DNA from: an uncultured delta proteobacterium
Lineage (GTDB): Bacteria > Myxococcota_A > Polyangia > Haliangiales > Haliangiaceae
NCBI GenBank assembly: GCA_963743525.1
Contig: CAVUQH010000004.1
Location: 320,001-384,000 of the forward strand
Length of the DNA: 64,000 bases
Reading direction: 5' to 3'
The notes under the pieces were generated by a model. That model saw nothing but the letters and a program-made list of their open reading frames with translations, was not told the origin of the DNA and ran no database searches. Positions 16,945 to 33,155 of this stretch are shown here, in pieces (the stretch's first letter is position 1; the number at the start of each line of letters is the position of its first letter). The position numbers and the translations under genes were made by a program.

Positions 16945-19419
16945 GTGCTGTCGCTGGGGCAAAGGGGGCGGAAGCTGGCGGGCGCTGCGCTCGTCGGTCT
17001 GGGAGTCGGTGTGGTCGCAGCGGTGCTGGCCGCCGCGCGCCCGGCGATGCTCGAGCGCGGGGAGATGCCCACCTACGACTGGCGCGTGCGTCTGGCCGCA
17101 GACCCGTCAGAGGCCTCGGATCGCATCATCGTGGTCGATATCGGTGACGATGACCTGGCCAATGTCGAAGCGCTGATGGGCCTCACCTGGCCGTGGCCGC
17201 GCGAGCTGTTCGGCTACCTGAGCGACTACGCGACCAAGAGCGGGGCCAACGCGGTGCTGCTCGACTGGATCTTCCAGGACCGCGGCGTCTGGGGCGTCAA
17301 CGACCTGGTCGGCTTTGCCGACACCATCCGCGAAGACGGCAGGACCGTGGTCGGCATGGTCACCCAGTGGCGCAAGAACGAGGCCTCGGGGGCCACCGAG
17401 GACAAGCGCTGGCTGGCGCGGGTCGCCGAGCTCCCGGATCGCCAGGCGGCCACCCGAGCCGGCGTGCGCCTGCTGGCGTGGAACGCCCGCGTCTACTGGA
17501 AGGGCGATGGGCCGGTCACCCTGTACGTCGCCGGCGGTTCGTCGGACAAGGCGCTCGAGGCGTGGATGCGGCTGTCGTCGATCGAGGAGCTGGCCGAGGT
17601 ATTCGGCGTCGAAGATCCGGACGCCGCTCCGCCCGAGCCGCCGCAACCGATCGCGGCCGCCAGCTCCGGTGCCACCGAGCTGACGTCGGCCGCCATCGTG
17701 CGCCAGCGGTTCGCCCTCGACGTGCCCGGCGCCGCCGACCGCTCGCTGCCCGACGTGGTCAACCTGCCGCCGATCGCCATCATCGCCGCGGCGGCACCGG
17801 GCATCGGCAGCGTGTCGCAGCAAAACGACCCCGACGGCGTGGTCCGGCGCCACGCCTTCTTCCTCCGCAAGGGCGGCAAGGTCTATCCGTCGCTGCCGAT
17901 GGCCGGCTTCCTCCTGGCCCACCCGGACGCCGCGCCGCACTTCGACGGCGACGAGCTGGTGGTCGCCGGGCGGCGGTTGCCGGTCGGTGACGACGGGCGA
18001 ATCGTGCTGCGCTACCACGGCCGGCGCGTCTTCCGACACATCCCGGCGTGGGACATCCTGGCGTCGGTGCAACGCCAGGCCGAGGGCAAGCCGCCGGTGA
18101 TCCCGCCCGAGACGTTCAAGGATCATTTCGTCATCGTCTCGGCCAGCGCGCGTGCCCTGCGCGACGTCACGGTGACGCCGGTCGACGAGCGGCAGCTGGG
18201 CGCCACGGTCAACGCGCTGGCGCTGGACAACCTGCTCAGCGGCGAGGTGGTGCGCCGCAGCGGCCGCGGCACCGATGCGGTGATCGCCCTGCTCTTCGCC
18301 CTGCTGTCGGCGCTGGCGGTGGTCGGCGTGTCGCTGCTGGCGCCGTCGTCGTTCAAGGGCTTCCTGCTGACGGCGCTGGCCTCGGCGCTGCTGGTCGGCG
18401 TCTATCTGTGGCTGTGCGTCTACCTGATGGGCGGCCAGCGGTTGTGGCTGGCGCTGTTCGTTCCCACCGGCGGCGCGGTCGTGTCGATGATCGGCGCCCT
18501 GCTGCTGTCGGCCACCCTCGAGCGCAAGGACCGCCGCTTCGTCCAGGAGGCACTGGGCCGCTACACCTCGCGCGAGCTGGTCAACGAGCTGGTCGCGCAC
18601 CCGGAGAAGCTGTCGCTCGAATGGGGTGAGCGCCGCCGCATGTCGGTCTATTTCTCGGACATCGCCGGTTTCACCAACATCAGCGAGGCGATCGAGCCGG
18701 AGCAGCTGGTCGCGCTGCTCAACGATTACCTGACGCAGATGACCGAGATCGTGCTGGGCAGCCGCGGCGTGGTCGACAAATACATCGGCGACGCGGTCAT
18801 GGCCTTCTGGGGCGCACCGCTCGACGCCAAGGATCACGCCCGCCGCGCGGTGCTGGCCGCGCTGGAGATGCGCGCGCGCTGCGACGAGATGCGCCCGGTG
18901 TGGAAGGAGCGCTTCGGCCACGAAGTCTTCGCCCGCGCCGGCATCAACACCGGCGACGCCATCGCCGGCAACATGGGCTCGGCGCACAAGTACAACTACA
19001 CGGTCATGGGCGACATGGTGAACCTGGCATCGCGCCTCGAGGGCGCCAACAAGGCCTACGGCACCTACCTGATGATCAGCGAGAGCACCATGGTCGAGAT
19101 CGGTGACGACGTGGTCGAAGCGCGCGAGCTCGACTCGCTGGCGGTCAAGGGCAAGAACGAGCCGGTGCGCGTGTTCGAGGTGCTGGGGCGAAAGGGCGAG
19201 GTCGACGAGGGCGTCCTCGCCTGTGCCCGCACCTTCGAGGACGGCCTGGCCCGCTACCGCCAGCGCGACTTCGCCGGCGCCATCGAGGCGTTCGAGGCCG
19301 CCCTGGAAGCCCATCCCGGAGACGAGCCGGCCCAGCGGTTCATCGACCGCTGCCGGCATTTCCTGGACGATCCGCCCGCGGAAGATTGGGACGGCGTCTG
19401 GCGTATGAAGGAGAAGTGA
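16945..19419 (+). CDS. CHASE2-domain membrane adenylate/guanylate cyclase
   Basis: CHASE2 motifs WPWPRE and DPDGVVRR; three TM helices; class III cyclase motifs FSDIAGFT, DKYIGDAVMA and GDMVNLASRLEGANK. Confidence 0.9.
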   Translation: MLSLGQRGRKLAGAALVGLGVGVVAAVLAAARPAMLERGEMPTYDWRVRLAADPSEASDRIIVVDIGDDDLANVEALMGLTWPWPRELFGYLSDYATKSGANAVLLDWIFQDRGVWGVNDLVGFADTIREDGRTVVGMVTQWRKNEASGATEDKRWLARVAELPDRQAATRAGVRLLAWNARVYWKGDGPVTLYVAGGSSDKALEAWMRLSSIEELAEVFGVEDPDAAPPEPPQPIAAASSGATELTSAAIVRQRFALDVPGAADRSLPDVVNLPPIAIIAAAAPGIGSVSQQNDPDGVVRRHAFFLRKGGKVYPSLPMAGFLLAHPDAAPHFDGDELVVAGRRLPVGDDGRIVLRYHGRRVFRHIPAWDILASVQRQAEGKPPVIPPETFKDHFVIVSASARALRDVTVTPVDERQLGATVNALALDNLLSGEVVRRSGRGTDAVIALLFALLSALAVVGVSLLAPSSFKGFLLTALASALLVGVYLWLCVYLMGGQRLWLALFVPTGGAVVSMIGALLLSATLERKDRRFVQEALGRYTSRELVNELVAHPEKLSLEWGERRRMSVYFSDIAGFTNISEAIEPEQLVALLNDYLTQMTEIVLGSRGVVDKYIGDAVMAFWGAPLDAKDHARRAVLAALEMRARCDEMRPVWKERFGHEVFARAGINTGDAIAGNMGSAHKYNYTVMGDMVNLASRLEGANKAYGTYLMISESTMVEIGDDVVEARELDSLAVKGKNEPVRVFEVLGRKGEVDEGVLACARTFEDGLARYRQRDFAGAIEAFEAALEAHPGDEPAQRFIDRCRHFLDDPPAEDWDGVWRMKEK

Positions 19420-19913
19420 TGACCAGGAAGATGATCCTCGCCGCCGCGGCCCTGGCTGCGGCCCTGCTCGTGACCAGTCACCTGCGCGCCGCGCCCAAGA
19501 AGGGAGCGACGATCACCGTTCGGGTGCTGTCGGCCAAGGTAATGGACAACCCGAAGTTCATCGGCAAGACCGTGGCCCAGGTATCGCGCGGCGCTTACCT
19601 GACCTACCAGGACAAGAAGAACGGCTGGTATCAGGTGCAGACCGCCGACGGCAAGACCGGCTGGATCCACAAGTCGGCGGTGCTGGAGAAGAAGGTCCAG
19701 CTGTCGAGCAAGATGGGCCAGGCCGGCAGCGGCGCCTCGCAGGAGGAGATCGAGCTGGCCGGCCGCGGCTTCACCAAGGACGTCGAGGAGAAGTACCGCT
19801 CCGAGCACGGCGACCTCGACTTCTCGCACGTTAACAACATCGAGGCGCTGCAGATGGACTCGGAGACGGTCGCCCGGTTCGCGGCGGCCGGCCAGGTCGG
19901 AGGTGGCCAGTGA
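19419..19913 (+). CDS. Secreted SH3-domain protein
   Basis: Signal peptide and NGWYQVQTADGKTGWIH; TGATG overlap with the cyclase stop. Confidence 0.75.
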   Translation: MTRKMILAAAALAAALLVTSHLRAAPKKGATITVRVLSAKVMDNPKFIGKTVAQVSRGAYLTYQDKKNGWYQVQTADGKTGWIHKSAVLEKKVQLSSKMGQAGSGASQEEIELAGRGFTKDVEEKYRSEHGDLDFSHVNNIEALQMDSETVARFAAAGQVGGGQ

Positions 19914-20887
19914 AGCGCGCGGGGCTGGTGGCGCTGGTGGCGTGCGCAGCGCTGCCGCTGGGATCGTGCGGGTTCGTCAAGAGCCACGTGACGATGTCGG
20001 GCAACGTCGTCGACGCGGCCAAGAAGATCAACGACCTGCGCAAAGACCTGACGCCGGAGAACGAGTACTACGTCGGCCGGTCGGTGGCGACCAACATCCT
20101 GGCCAAGAACGACTACCGCTACGTCGGTGCCGACCAGATCGCCCAGGGGCACATGGACCCGCTCACCGACTACGTCAACGAGGTCGGCCAGGTGGTGGTG
20201 GCGGCCGCGCTCGAGACCAGCCACAAGGGCGACCGGCCGGCGCCGCTGGCCGGCTGGCACTTCATCATTCTCGACAGCGACACCATCAACGCCACGTCGG
20301 CGCCCGGTGGCTTCGTCTTCATCACCCGCGCGGCCATCGACCTGGCCCGGTCCGAAGACGAGCTGGCCGCCGTGCTCGCCCACGAGGTCGCGCACGTGGT
20401 CCGCGGGCACGCGCTGGGAACGATCAAGAAGTCGCGCTGGGCGGGCATGTCCAAGGAGCTTCTCGACTCGTCGGTGCAGATCGACGCGCAAGGCGTCAAC
20501 AAGCTGACCGACCTCCTCGACGGCGGCATCGACGACATGATCGACGCGATGTTCGTCAAAGGCTACTCACGCGACACCGAGTTCGAGGCCGACAAGCGCG
20601 GCTTCGAGATCATGAAGCGCGCCGGCTACGACCCCGGCGCGATGATCGCCTACCTGCAGCGGCTGGGGCAGCACCAGGACACCGGCAAGGGTGGCTTCTA
20701 CGACACCCACCCGAAGGCCAGCGATCGCATCGCGCGGCTGAAGAAGAAGTTGCCCGAGCACCGGCCGCAGGTGCCGCAGGTGCGCATCGCGCGCTTCCGC
20801 GCGGCGATGACGCCTCCGCCGCAGCCACAGCAACCCGACGACCAGCCGGCCGACCAGCCCGACGACCAGCCGGGCGACGCGGGCTAG
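19910..20887 (+). CDS. M48-family zinc metallopeptidase (putative lipoprotein)
   Basis: NATSAPGG, EDELAAVLAHEVAH, YSRDTEFEAD and THP; acidic DDQP repeats at the C-terminus. Confidence 0.9.
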   Translation: MKRAGLVALVACAALPLGSCGFVKSHVTMSGNVVDAAKKINDLRKDLTPENEYYVGRSVATNILAKNDYRYVGADQIAQGHMDPLTDYVNEVGQVVVAAALETSHKGDRPAPLAGWHFIILDSDTINATSAPGGFVFITRAAIDLARSEDELAAVLAHEVAHVVRGHALGTIKKSRWAGMSKELLDSSVQIDAQGVNKLTDLLDGGIDDMIDAMFVKGYSRDTEFEADKRGFEIMKRAGYDPGAMIAYLQRLGQHQDTGKGGFYDTHPKASDRIARLKKKLPEHRPQVPQVRIARFRAAMTPPPQPQQPDDQPADQPDDQPGDAG

Positions 20888-21519
20888 ACCTCGCCGGGCG
20901 CGACTTCGTCGGTGTTGGGACGGGCAGCGATGACCACCTTCTCCATGCCGGGGTGGGCAGCGCGCTCCTCGTCGCTCATCGTCGCGGCGTCGAGTTGCCC
21001 CAGACGATCGACCTCGGCCAGCGCGTTGTAGCCGCCGATGAAGTGACCGCGAAGGTAGACGTAGGGCACCGTGTTCTGCTTGGTCTCGACAATCAGCGGC
21101 GTGTCGAGGCCGCCGTTGTCCTCGTCGTCCATGTCGATGAAGTCGTAGTCGACCTTGCGGTCTTCCAGCAGACGAATCGCCCGGCCGGTCCACGGGCAGG
21201 AGCTGCGGCCGTAGATCTGCGCGGCCACACCCGCATCACCCAGACCCTTCTTCTTGCTCTTCGCGGCGGCCGGTGCCGACGCGTCGACCGGCGCCTCCGC
21301 GCGCGCGGCGCCCGGCTTGCGCAGCTCGATGCCGTGATCCTTGTTGCCGCGCAGCCGCTGCAGCTTGGCCACCAGGCGCTGGGCCCGCTCGGACTCCTGA
21401 TAGCGGGCGAGCAGCTTGTCGCGCAGCTCACCGCCGATCACGTCGGCCTTGTTCAGGGTTTCGGACACCAGCCCCAGGAAGTTGCGACCGCTCTTCGGCG
21501 TCTCGGACATCTCACTCAT
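20884..21519 (-). CDS. Glutaredoxin-domain protein (monothiol CPWT)
   Basis: IYGRSSCPWT and TVPYVYLRGHFIGGY. Confidence 0.8.
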   Translation of the reverse strand: MSEMSETPKSGRNFLGLVSETLNKADVIGGELRDKLLARYQESERAQRLVAKLQRLRGNKDHGIELRKPGAARAEAPVDASAPAAAKSKKKGLGDAGVAAQIYGRSSCPWTGRAIRLLEDRKVDYDFIDMDDEDNGGLDTPLIVETKQNTVPYVYLRGHFIGGYNALAEVDRLGQLDAATMSDEERAAHPGMEKVVIAARPNTDEVAPGEV

Positions 21520-21595
21520 GGTCGCACACATATAAGGAGTAACCGGCCCGGGGACAAGCCCCGATTTCGCCAGCAAATGTGTATTCTTGGCCGGA

Positions 21596-22207
21596 ATGAG
21601 CAATTGGCTCGACCTCGAGGCGTGGGACCTGCCCACCCTGCGCACCGCCTGGCAGGAGGCCGGACCGTTCGCCCACGTGGTCATCGACGGCGCCGTGCCG
21701 GAGGAGACGCGCAGGGCGCTGCTGGAGGCCGCAGGCGACGAGCCGTGTGACCTGATCCGCGACCCGATCTTCACCATGTACGCCAGCGAGCCCGGCGTCC
21801 TGGAGGCTCCGGCGCTGGCCGCTGTGCGCGACGCCATGGGCAGCCCGGCAGGCCTCGGCGCCATCTCCGAGATCACCGGCCGCCCCCTGGGACGGGTCGA
21901 CATGCGCGCCTTCGCCTACCATCCCGGTCACTTCCTCCTGCCGCACACCGACCACGACGCCGACGCCGAGCGTCTGGTCGCCTACGCCCTCTACCTCGAT
22001 ACCCCGGAGCCGCCCACCGGGGGCGAGCTCGACCTGTTCGACTGCCGCGTCGAGGACGGCGAGATCGTCGCCACCGAGGTCGCGCACACCATCGAGCCGG
22101 CGCCCAACCGACTGGTGATGTTCGAGGTCGGCCCGACCACGCTCCACCAGGTGCGCGAGGTCACCGCCGGCATTCGCCTGTCGCTGGCGGGGTGGTTCTA
22201 CGCATGA
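21596..22207 (+). CDS. 2OG-Fe(II) oxygenase (prolyl-hydroxylase/OGFOD1-like), metal ligands present
   Basis: YHPGHFLLPHTD, GGELDLF, PAPNRLVMF, HQV and RLSLAGWF. Confidence 0.85.
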   Translation: MSNWLDLEAWDLPTLRTAWQEAGPFAHVVIDGAVPEETRRALLEAAGDEPCDLIRDPIFTMYASEPGVLEAPALAAVRDAMGSPAGLGAISEITGRPLGRVDMRAFAYHPGHFLLPHTDHDADAERLVAYALYLDTPEPPTGGELDLFDCRVEDGEIVATEVAHTIEPAPNRLVMFEVGPTTLHQVREVTAGIRLSLAGWFYA

Positions 22208-22755
22208 TGCTGCAGGCGATGGAGGCCGCGCGCCTGCGCACGGCCTGGAGCGCAACCTCGCGCCCCGCGGTGGTCTCCCTCGGCTTCGTGCGCGGCGCCG
22301 ACAGCGCCCGCGTCCGCGGCAGCGTGGAAGCCATGGCGCCCGACGAGCGCTGGCTGGCCCACCGCGGTCGCTACGCCAGCGCCGCCGAGCACGAGGTGCC
22401 CGACATCGTCCGCGCCTGCCGCGCCGCCGCCGAGAGCGTCACCGGCGAGACGCTGGCGGTCGAGCGCGTCCGCGTGCTCCGCTTCGGGCCGCGCGGCTAC
22501 CAGCTGCTGGCCGACGATCCGCCGACCCCCGAGCGCTGCATCGAGGTCACCCTCGACGCGTCGGAGACCGCGAGCGGCGGAGCCGAGCTGATCTACTGCG
22601 CCAAGGGGCAGCCGTATTTCGTCGTCACCCAGCGGCCCGGCGCGCTGTCGATCGTCGAGCGGCGCCCGGACACCCAGCGCTACGTCCGCTACCTCGACCA
22701 CACGTTGGGCGAGGCGCGCGTCTACCGGCTCGAGCTGCTGCTGACCCCGGCCTAG
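22204..22755 (+). CDS. Degenerate 2OG-Fe(II) oxygenase-like protein lacking HxD...H
   Basis: RFGPRGYQLLADD, GGAELIY and PGALSIV align with the upstream gene, but the His ligands are missing; ATGA overlap. Confidence 0.6.
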   Translation: MMLQAMEAARLRTAWSATSRPAVVSLGFVRGADSARVRGSVEAMAPDERWLAHRGRYASAAEHEVPDIVRACRAAAESVTGETLAVERVRVLRFGPRGYQLLADDPPTPERCIEVTLDASETASGGAELIYCAKGQPYFVVTQRPGALSIVERRPDTQRYVRYLDHTLGEARVYRLELLLTPA

Positions 22756-23219
22756 CCGAAGACCAGCTCGCGCAGCTTGCCGCTGTTGTTGAGGTCGATC
22801 AGCTCGTTCATGCCGCCGACGCACTCGCCGCCGATGAACACCACCGGCAGCTCGCGGCCGTCGCTCTCGCGCTGCACCGCCTCGATCGACGGCAGATCGC
22901 CCTCGACGTTGCGCAGGTCGTAGGGAATTTCGGCGGCCTGCAGCACCTGGCGCAGCTTCTTGAGCCGCGACACGTGGCGGTCGGTGTGGAACAGGACCAC
23001 CGGCGCCGGCTCGCGCGCCGCCGCCGCGCGCGCGGCGTCACCGGCGTTACTCGACTCCCAGGAGCGCCGCTCCGCCAGCTCCTGATCGGAAGCCAGCGGG
23101 CGGCCGACCGCCTCGTTGACCCGCAGCGCCGCGCGCTTGGCGAGGGCTACGGGGCCGAGGCGGTCGCCGCGGCGGGAGGTGAGCAGGCCGTAGGCCTTGC
23201 TGCGCAGCGACCGGGTCAT
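22752..23219 (-). CDS. Glutaredoxin-like protein without an active-site CxxC
   Basis: LPVVFIGGECVGGMNEL...GKL C-terminal glutaredoxin signature. Confidence 0.7.
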   Translation of the reverse strand: MTRSLRSKAYGLLTSRRGDRLGPVALAKRAALRVNEAVGRPLASDQELAERRSWESSNAGDAARAAAAREPAPVVLFHTDRHVSRLKKLRQVLQAAEIPYDLRNVEGDLPSIEAVQRESDGRELPVVFIGGECVGGMNELIDLNNSGKLRELVFG

Positions 23220-23225
23220 GACCGG

Positions 23226-25058
<1,833 letters not shown>

Positions 25059-25081
25059 CTACGTGAGCTCCTTAGCCTCGG

Positions 25082-28678
<3,597 letters not shown>

Positions 28679-28723
28679 TCGGGGACCTCGTTCTTGGCCT
28701 GGGGTCAGCTCCACTAACGGAGC

Positions 28724-28766
28724 TAGACTGACGTGTCAGTCTAAACATGAGACTGACATGTCAGTC
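28724..28766. promoter_or_regulatory. Two tandem palindromic operators GACTGAC-N2-GTCAGTC
   Basis: TAGACTGAC-GT-GTCAGTCTA (28724-28743) and GACTGACATGTCAGTC (28751-28766), between the TetR gene and the activase start. Confidence 0.75.
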
Positions 28767-28843
28767 CAGTCTTTGCTGGTGGCAAACGTCCGCCGAGCGG
28801 TCCAACCAATTCCGCAGCCTAGAGGTGCGAAAGGTAATCCCCG

Positions 28844-29484
28844 CTACCAGCGGGTGCCGACGACGACGCCGCGCAGAGCGAAGGCGATCAGCTCATCGAC
28901 GATGGACTCGATGGCCGGAGGGGCCTGGTCCTGGATGACGTGCTCGATGATCCCGCGGACCGCTCCGAGCAATGCCGAGGCCACCAGGCCGGTGTCGCAG
29001 GGCCGGATCAGCCCCATCTGGATGCCGTGATCCAGGGACGACCGAATCAGATCCAGCACGTGGGCGAAGAACGCATCGACCCGCTGCATCGCCTCGGCGT
29101 CCGAGCCCATCGAGTGGCGCAGGAGCAGGCGCGAGAAGTGCGGGTCGCCGAGGACGAACTCCATCACCCGGACCAGGCTGCCGCGCAGCTGCACCGGCGG
29201 GGGATCGGCGCCCTCGGAGACGTCGATGCGGCGGATGCGCGCGCGCAGCTCGACCAGGGCCTCCTCGAGGATCGACTCGAAGACCTTGTGCTTCGACTCG
29301 AAGTACAGATAGAAGGTCCCGCGCGCGATGCCGGCCCGACCGATGATGTCGTTGATCGACGCGTTGTGGTAGCCGCGCTCGGCGAACACTTCCTTGGCCG
29401 CGGCCAGGATCTGGCTGCGGCGCTGGCGGCGCATCCGCTCGGCGCGATCGAGGCCGGCGTCGGCCGTGGACGAGACCGCCACGC

Positions 29485-29488
<4 letters not shown>
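28844..29488 (-). CDS. TetR/AcrR family transcriptional regulator
   Basis: HTH ILAAAKEVFAERGYHNASINDIIGRAGIARGTFYLYFESK. Confidence 0.92.
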
Positions 29489-30678
<1,190 letters not shown>

Positions 30679-30821
30679 CCGGTCTCTAATGCTGAACGGA
30701 AGATCAGACGGAGGCCCGACCCACGCAAGTAACACTATCGCGACTTCGCGGCAAGCGCGAAACGAACGCAGGAGATTGCCGCGCCGAGTCGAAGATCCCG
30801 GAACAGCGTACGATTCGCCTC

Positions 30822-31766
30822 ATGAGAGCCGATCGACCTCTCCGTCCCGTGCATACCTTCAGCATCGTCGCCCGCGATCCCGGCACCGGCGAGCTGGGCG
30901 TGGCCGTGCAGTCGCACTGGTTCAGCGTCGGTCAGGTGGTGACCTGGGCCGAGGCCGGGGTCGGCGCCGTCGCCACCCAGTCGATGGCCGAGCCGGCCTA
31001 CGGCTTGCGCGGGCTGGCGCTGATGAAGCGCGGCCTGGGCGCCGAACAGGCGCTGGCGGCGCTGACCTCGCAAGACTCGGCCGCCGCCGTGCGCCAGGTG
31101 GCGTTCGTCGACGCCGGCGGCGCGGTCGCCGCGCACACCGGAGACGGCTGCATCCACTCGGCCGGACATCATCTGGGCGACGGCTACAGCGTGCAGGCCA
31201 ATATGATGATCAACGATCAGGTGGTGCCGGCGATGGCCGAGGCATTCGAAGCCGCGCGCGGACCGCTGCCCGAGCGAATGGTCGCGGCGCTGAGCGGCGG
31301 GCAACACGCCGGCGGTGACATTCGCGGCCGCCAGTCCGCGGCGATCCTCGTGGTCAAGGGGACGTCGACCGGCCAACCGTGGAACGACGGCGTGGTCGAG
31401 CTGCGGGTCGAGGACGACGCCCAGCCGATCGCCGAGCTGACCCGGCTGCTCACCTTGCACCGCGCCTACGAACAGATGAACCTGGGCGACGCCGCGGTGG
31501 CACAGCAGGACATGAAGACGGCCGCGGGCCACTACCGCGCTGCCGCCGAGCTGGCGCCGGACAACCTCGAGATGGTCTTCTGGCACGGCGTGTCGATGGC
31601 GACCAACGATCGGGTCGCCGACTCGATCCCGCTGTTTCGCCGCGTCTTCGCCGCCGACGGCAACTGGGCCGAGCTGCTCCGCCGCCTGTTCAAGCCCGGC
31701 ATATTTCCCGACACCGCCGAGGGTCACGCCCTGGTCGATCGGATCCTCAGCGAGAGCGGCGAGTAG
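30822..31766 (+). CDS. DUF1028 (Ntn-hydrolase-like) protein with C-terminal TPR-like region
   Basis: TFSIVARDPGTGELGVAVQS, AVATQ and GGDIRGRQSAA. Confidence 0.85.
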   Translation: MRADRPLRPVHTFSIVARDPGTGELGVAVQSHWFSVGQVVTWAEAGVGAVATQSMAEPAYGLRGLALMKRGLGAEQALAALTSQDSAAAVRQVAFVDAGGAVAAHTGDGCIHSAGHHLGDGYSVQANMMINDQVVPAMAEAFEAARGPLPERMVAALSGGQHAGGDIRGRQSAAILVVKGTSTGQPWNDGVVELRVEDDAQPIAELTRLLTLHRAYEQMNLGDAAVAQQDMKTAAGHYRAAAELAPDNLEMVFWHGVSMATNDRVADSIPLFRRVFAADGNWAELLRRLFKPGIFPDTAEGHALVDRILSESGE

Positions 31767-32873
31767 TCAGCGGCCGAGCATCGACTCGGCGGCCAGGCGC
31801 ATCTTCTGCTCCAGGCCCGGACCCGCGGCAAGCTTGAGCATCGGCCCCATGCCGACGTTGACGGAGCCCGACTCGGTGCGCAGGATCTCGCCGTCGATGG
31901 TGTAGAGCTGCTCCTCGGACTCGACCCGCAGCTTGCTGGCCGGGCGGTTGACGTAGCGGACGTCCTTGGGCACGCCGCGCTCGCCGTCACCGCGACCGAT
32001 GGCCCGCTGCAGCAGGGCGGGAACATCGATCGGCAGCCAGCCGCGGATCAGCATCGGCAGCGCCATCGTCAGCTCGCGCGGGCTGACCGCGTAAGCGGCG
32101 CAGTAGAAACTCTCGCGCGTGCGGCCGGCGACGAACGGCTCGACCCCGGGATTGATCTGCCCGGTGACGTTGGCGAACAGCGCGGCGAACTCGTCGTACG
32201 GCAACGCCTCGCCATCCATCCACACGCGCCCGTTCATCGGCCGCAACATCCGCTCGTACGACGACGGCTGCTTGAGCCAGGTCGCCGCCAGCGCGCGCGC
32301 AGCCAGACCGACCGCCGCCACCTTGCCCTTGCGGCCGTTCTCGTAGTGATCGAGCAGGCGGATGATCGGCCCCATGCCGAAGGTGAAGCCGCGGTGGAAG
32401 TCGCCGTCGGTTTCGATCTCGAGCAGCGGCACGTCGCGCCAAAGCAGCTCGCCGGCGCGGTAGGCGCGGACCACGTGGCGGAAGTTGTCGGCCGGCCGCG
32501 AGGTGAAGCCGAGCCAGCGGCTGGTCACGTTCATGGTGCCGCCGCCGAGCAGCGCAATGTGCAGCTCGCCCGGCGCCGTCGACGACATCCGATCGAGGAT
32601 CCGCTGGATGGTGCCGTCGCCGCCGTAGATGCACAGCAGCTTGGCGTCGTGGCCCAGGTCGTCCAGCGCCATGGCCACATCCTCGACCGAGTCGGTGACG
32701 ATGCGGCGGGCGTAGCGGGCCTCCTCCGAGTCGAGCACCTTGGCCAGCTCTTTCCACCGCCCACCCGCGCGCGGGTTGCAGAGCAGCACGACCTCGGCCT
32801 CGGGCTTGACGCGACGCCGGCGCTTGGCCGTGAAGCGGCGACTGATGGGGGACAGGGACTCGCGCTCGCTCAT
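31767..32873 (-). CDS. Diacylglycerol kinase family (YegS/DgkB-like) protein
   Basis: NPRAGG, GGDGT, GGTMN and IDGE. Confidence 0.8.
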   Translation of the reverse strand: MSERESLSPISRRFTAKRRRRVKPEAEVVLLCNPRAGGRWKELAKVLDSEEARYARRIVTDSVEDVAMALDDLGHDAKLLCIYGGDGTIQRILDRMSSTAPGELHIALLGGGTMNVTSRWLGFTSRPADNFRHVVRAYRAGELLWRDVPLLEIETDGDFHRGFTFGMGPIIRLLDHYENGRKGKVAAVGLAARALAATWLKQPSSYERMLRPMNGRVWMDGEALPYDEFAALFANVTGQINPGVEPFVAGRTRESFYCAAYAVSPRELTMALPMLIRGWLPIDVPALLQRAIGRGDGERGVPKDVRYVNRPASKLRVESEEQLYTIDGEILRTESGSVNVGMGPMLKLAAGPGLEQKMRLAAESMLGR

Positions 32874-32890
32874 GGCTCCGCAGCATACCG

Positions 32891-32926
32891 AAAAAAGGCG
32901 GCGCCCCGCTGGAGACGGGGCGCCGC
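32891..32926 (-). terminator. Rho-independent terminator
   Basis: 11-bp stem GCGGCGCCCCG/CGGGGCGCCGC with a 7-nt loop, followed by T6 on the minus strand. Confidence 0.75.
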
Positions 32927-33033
32927 GCGGTTCTCCGCGCGCGGGTTGCGGGTGGGGTGTAAACGCGCGCGGATTCTGCTTCAGTGTCGAATCAGCTCCC
33001 CGTCTGGAGAGCCTCCTGGTGGCTCGGCCATGC

Positions 33034-33123
33034 TCAGAGCAAGACCACCGCCAGCAACACGCCGGCGAAGACGAAGGCGGACACCGCGACCAGCGCCACC
33101 GGAAGATCGGGTGATTCCCGCAT
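33034..33123 (-). CDS. Unannotated 29-aa single-TM peptide (MRESPDLPVALVAVSAFVFAGVLLAVVLL)
   Basis: Open frame from ATG 33123 to TGA 33034, hydrophobic, with a sigma54-like promoter upstream and a terminator downstream. Confidence 0.5.
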   Translation of the reverse strand: MRESPDLPVALVAVSAFVFAGVLLAVVLL

Positions 33124-33140
33124 TCTGGAGGCGTGCACGA

Positions 33141-33155
33141 GCAAGCCGCGTGCCC
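33141..33155 (-). promoter_or_regulatory. Putative sigma54 promoter (GGGCAC-GCGGC-TTGC)
   Basis: Near-consensus -24/-12. GCCGTTGC direct repeats lie 22 bp apart at 33194 and 33216. Confidence 0.6.

Noticed and set aside
20836..20880. Repeat encoding DDQPADQPDDQPGD
   Set aside because: An ordinary low-complexity protein tail.
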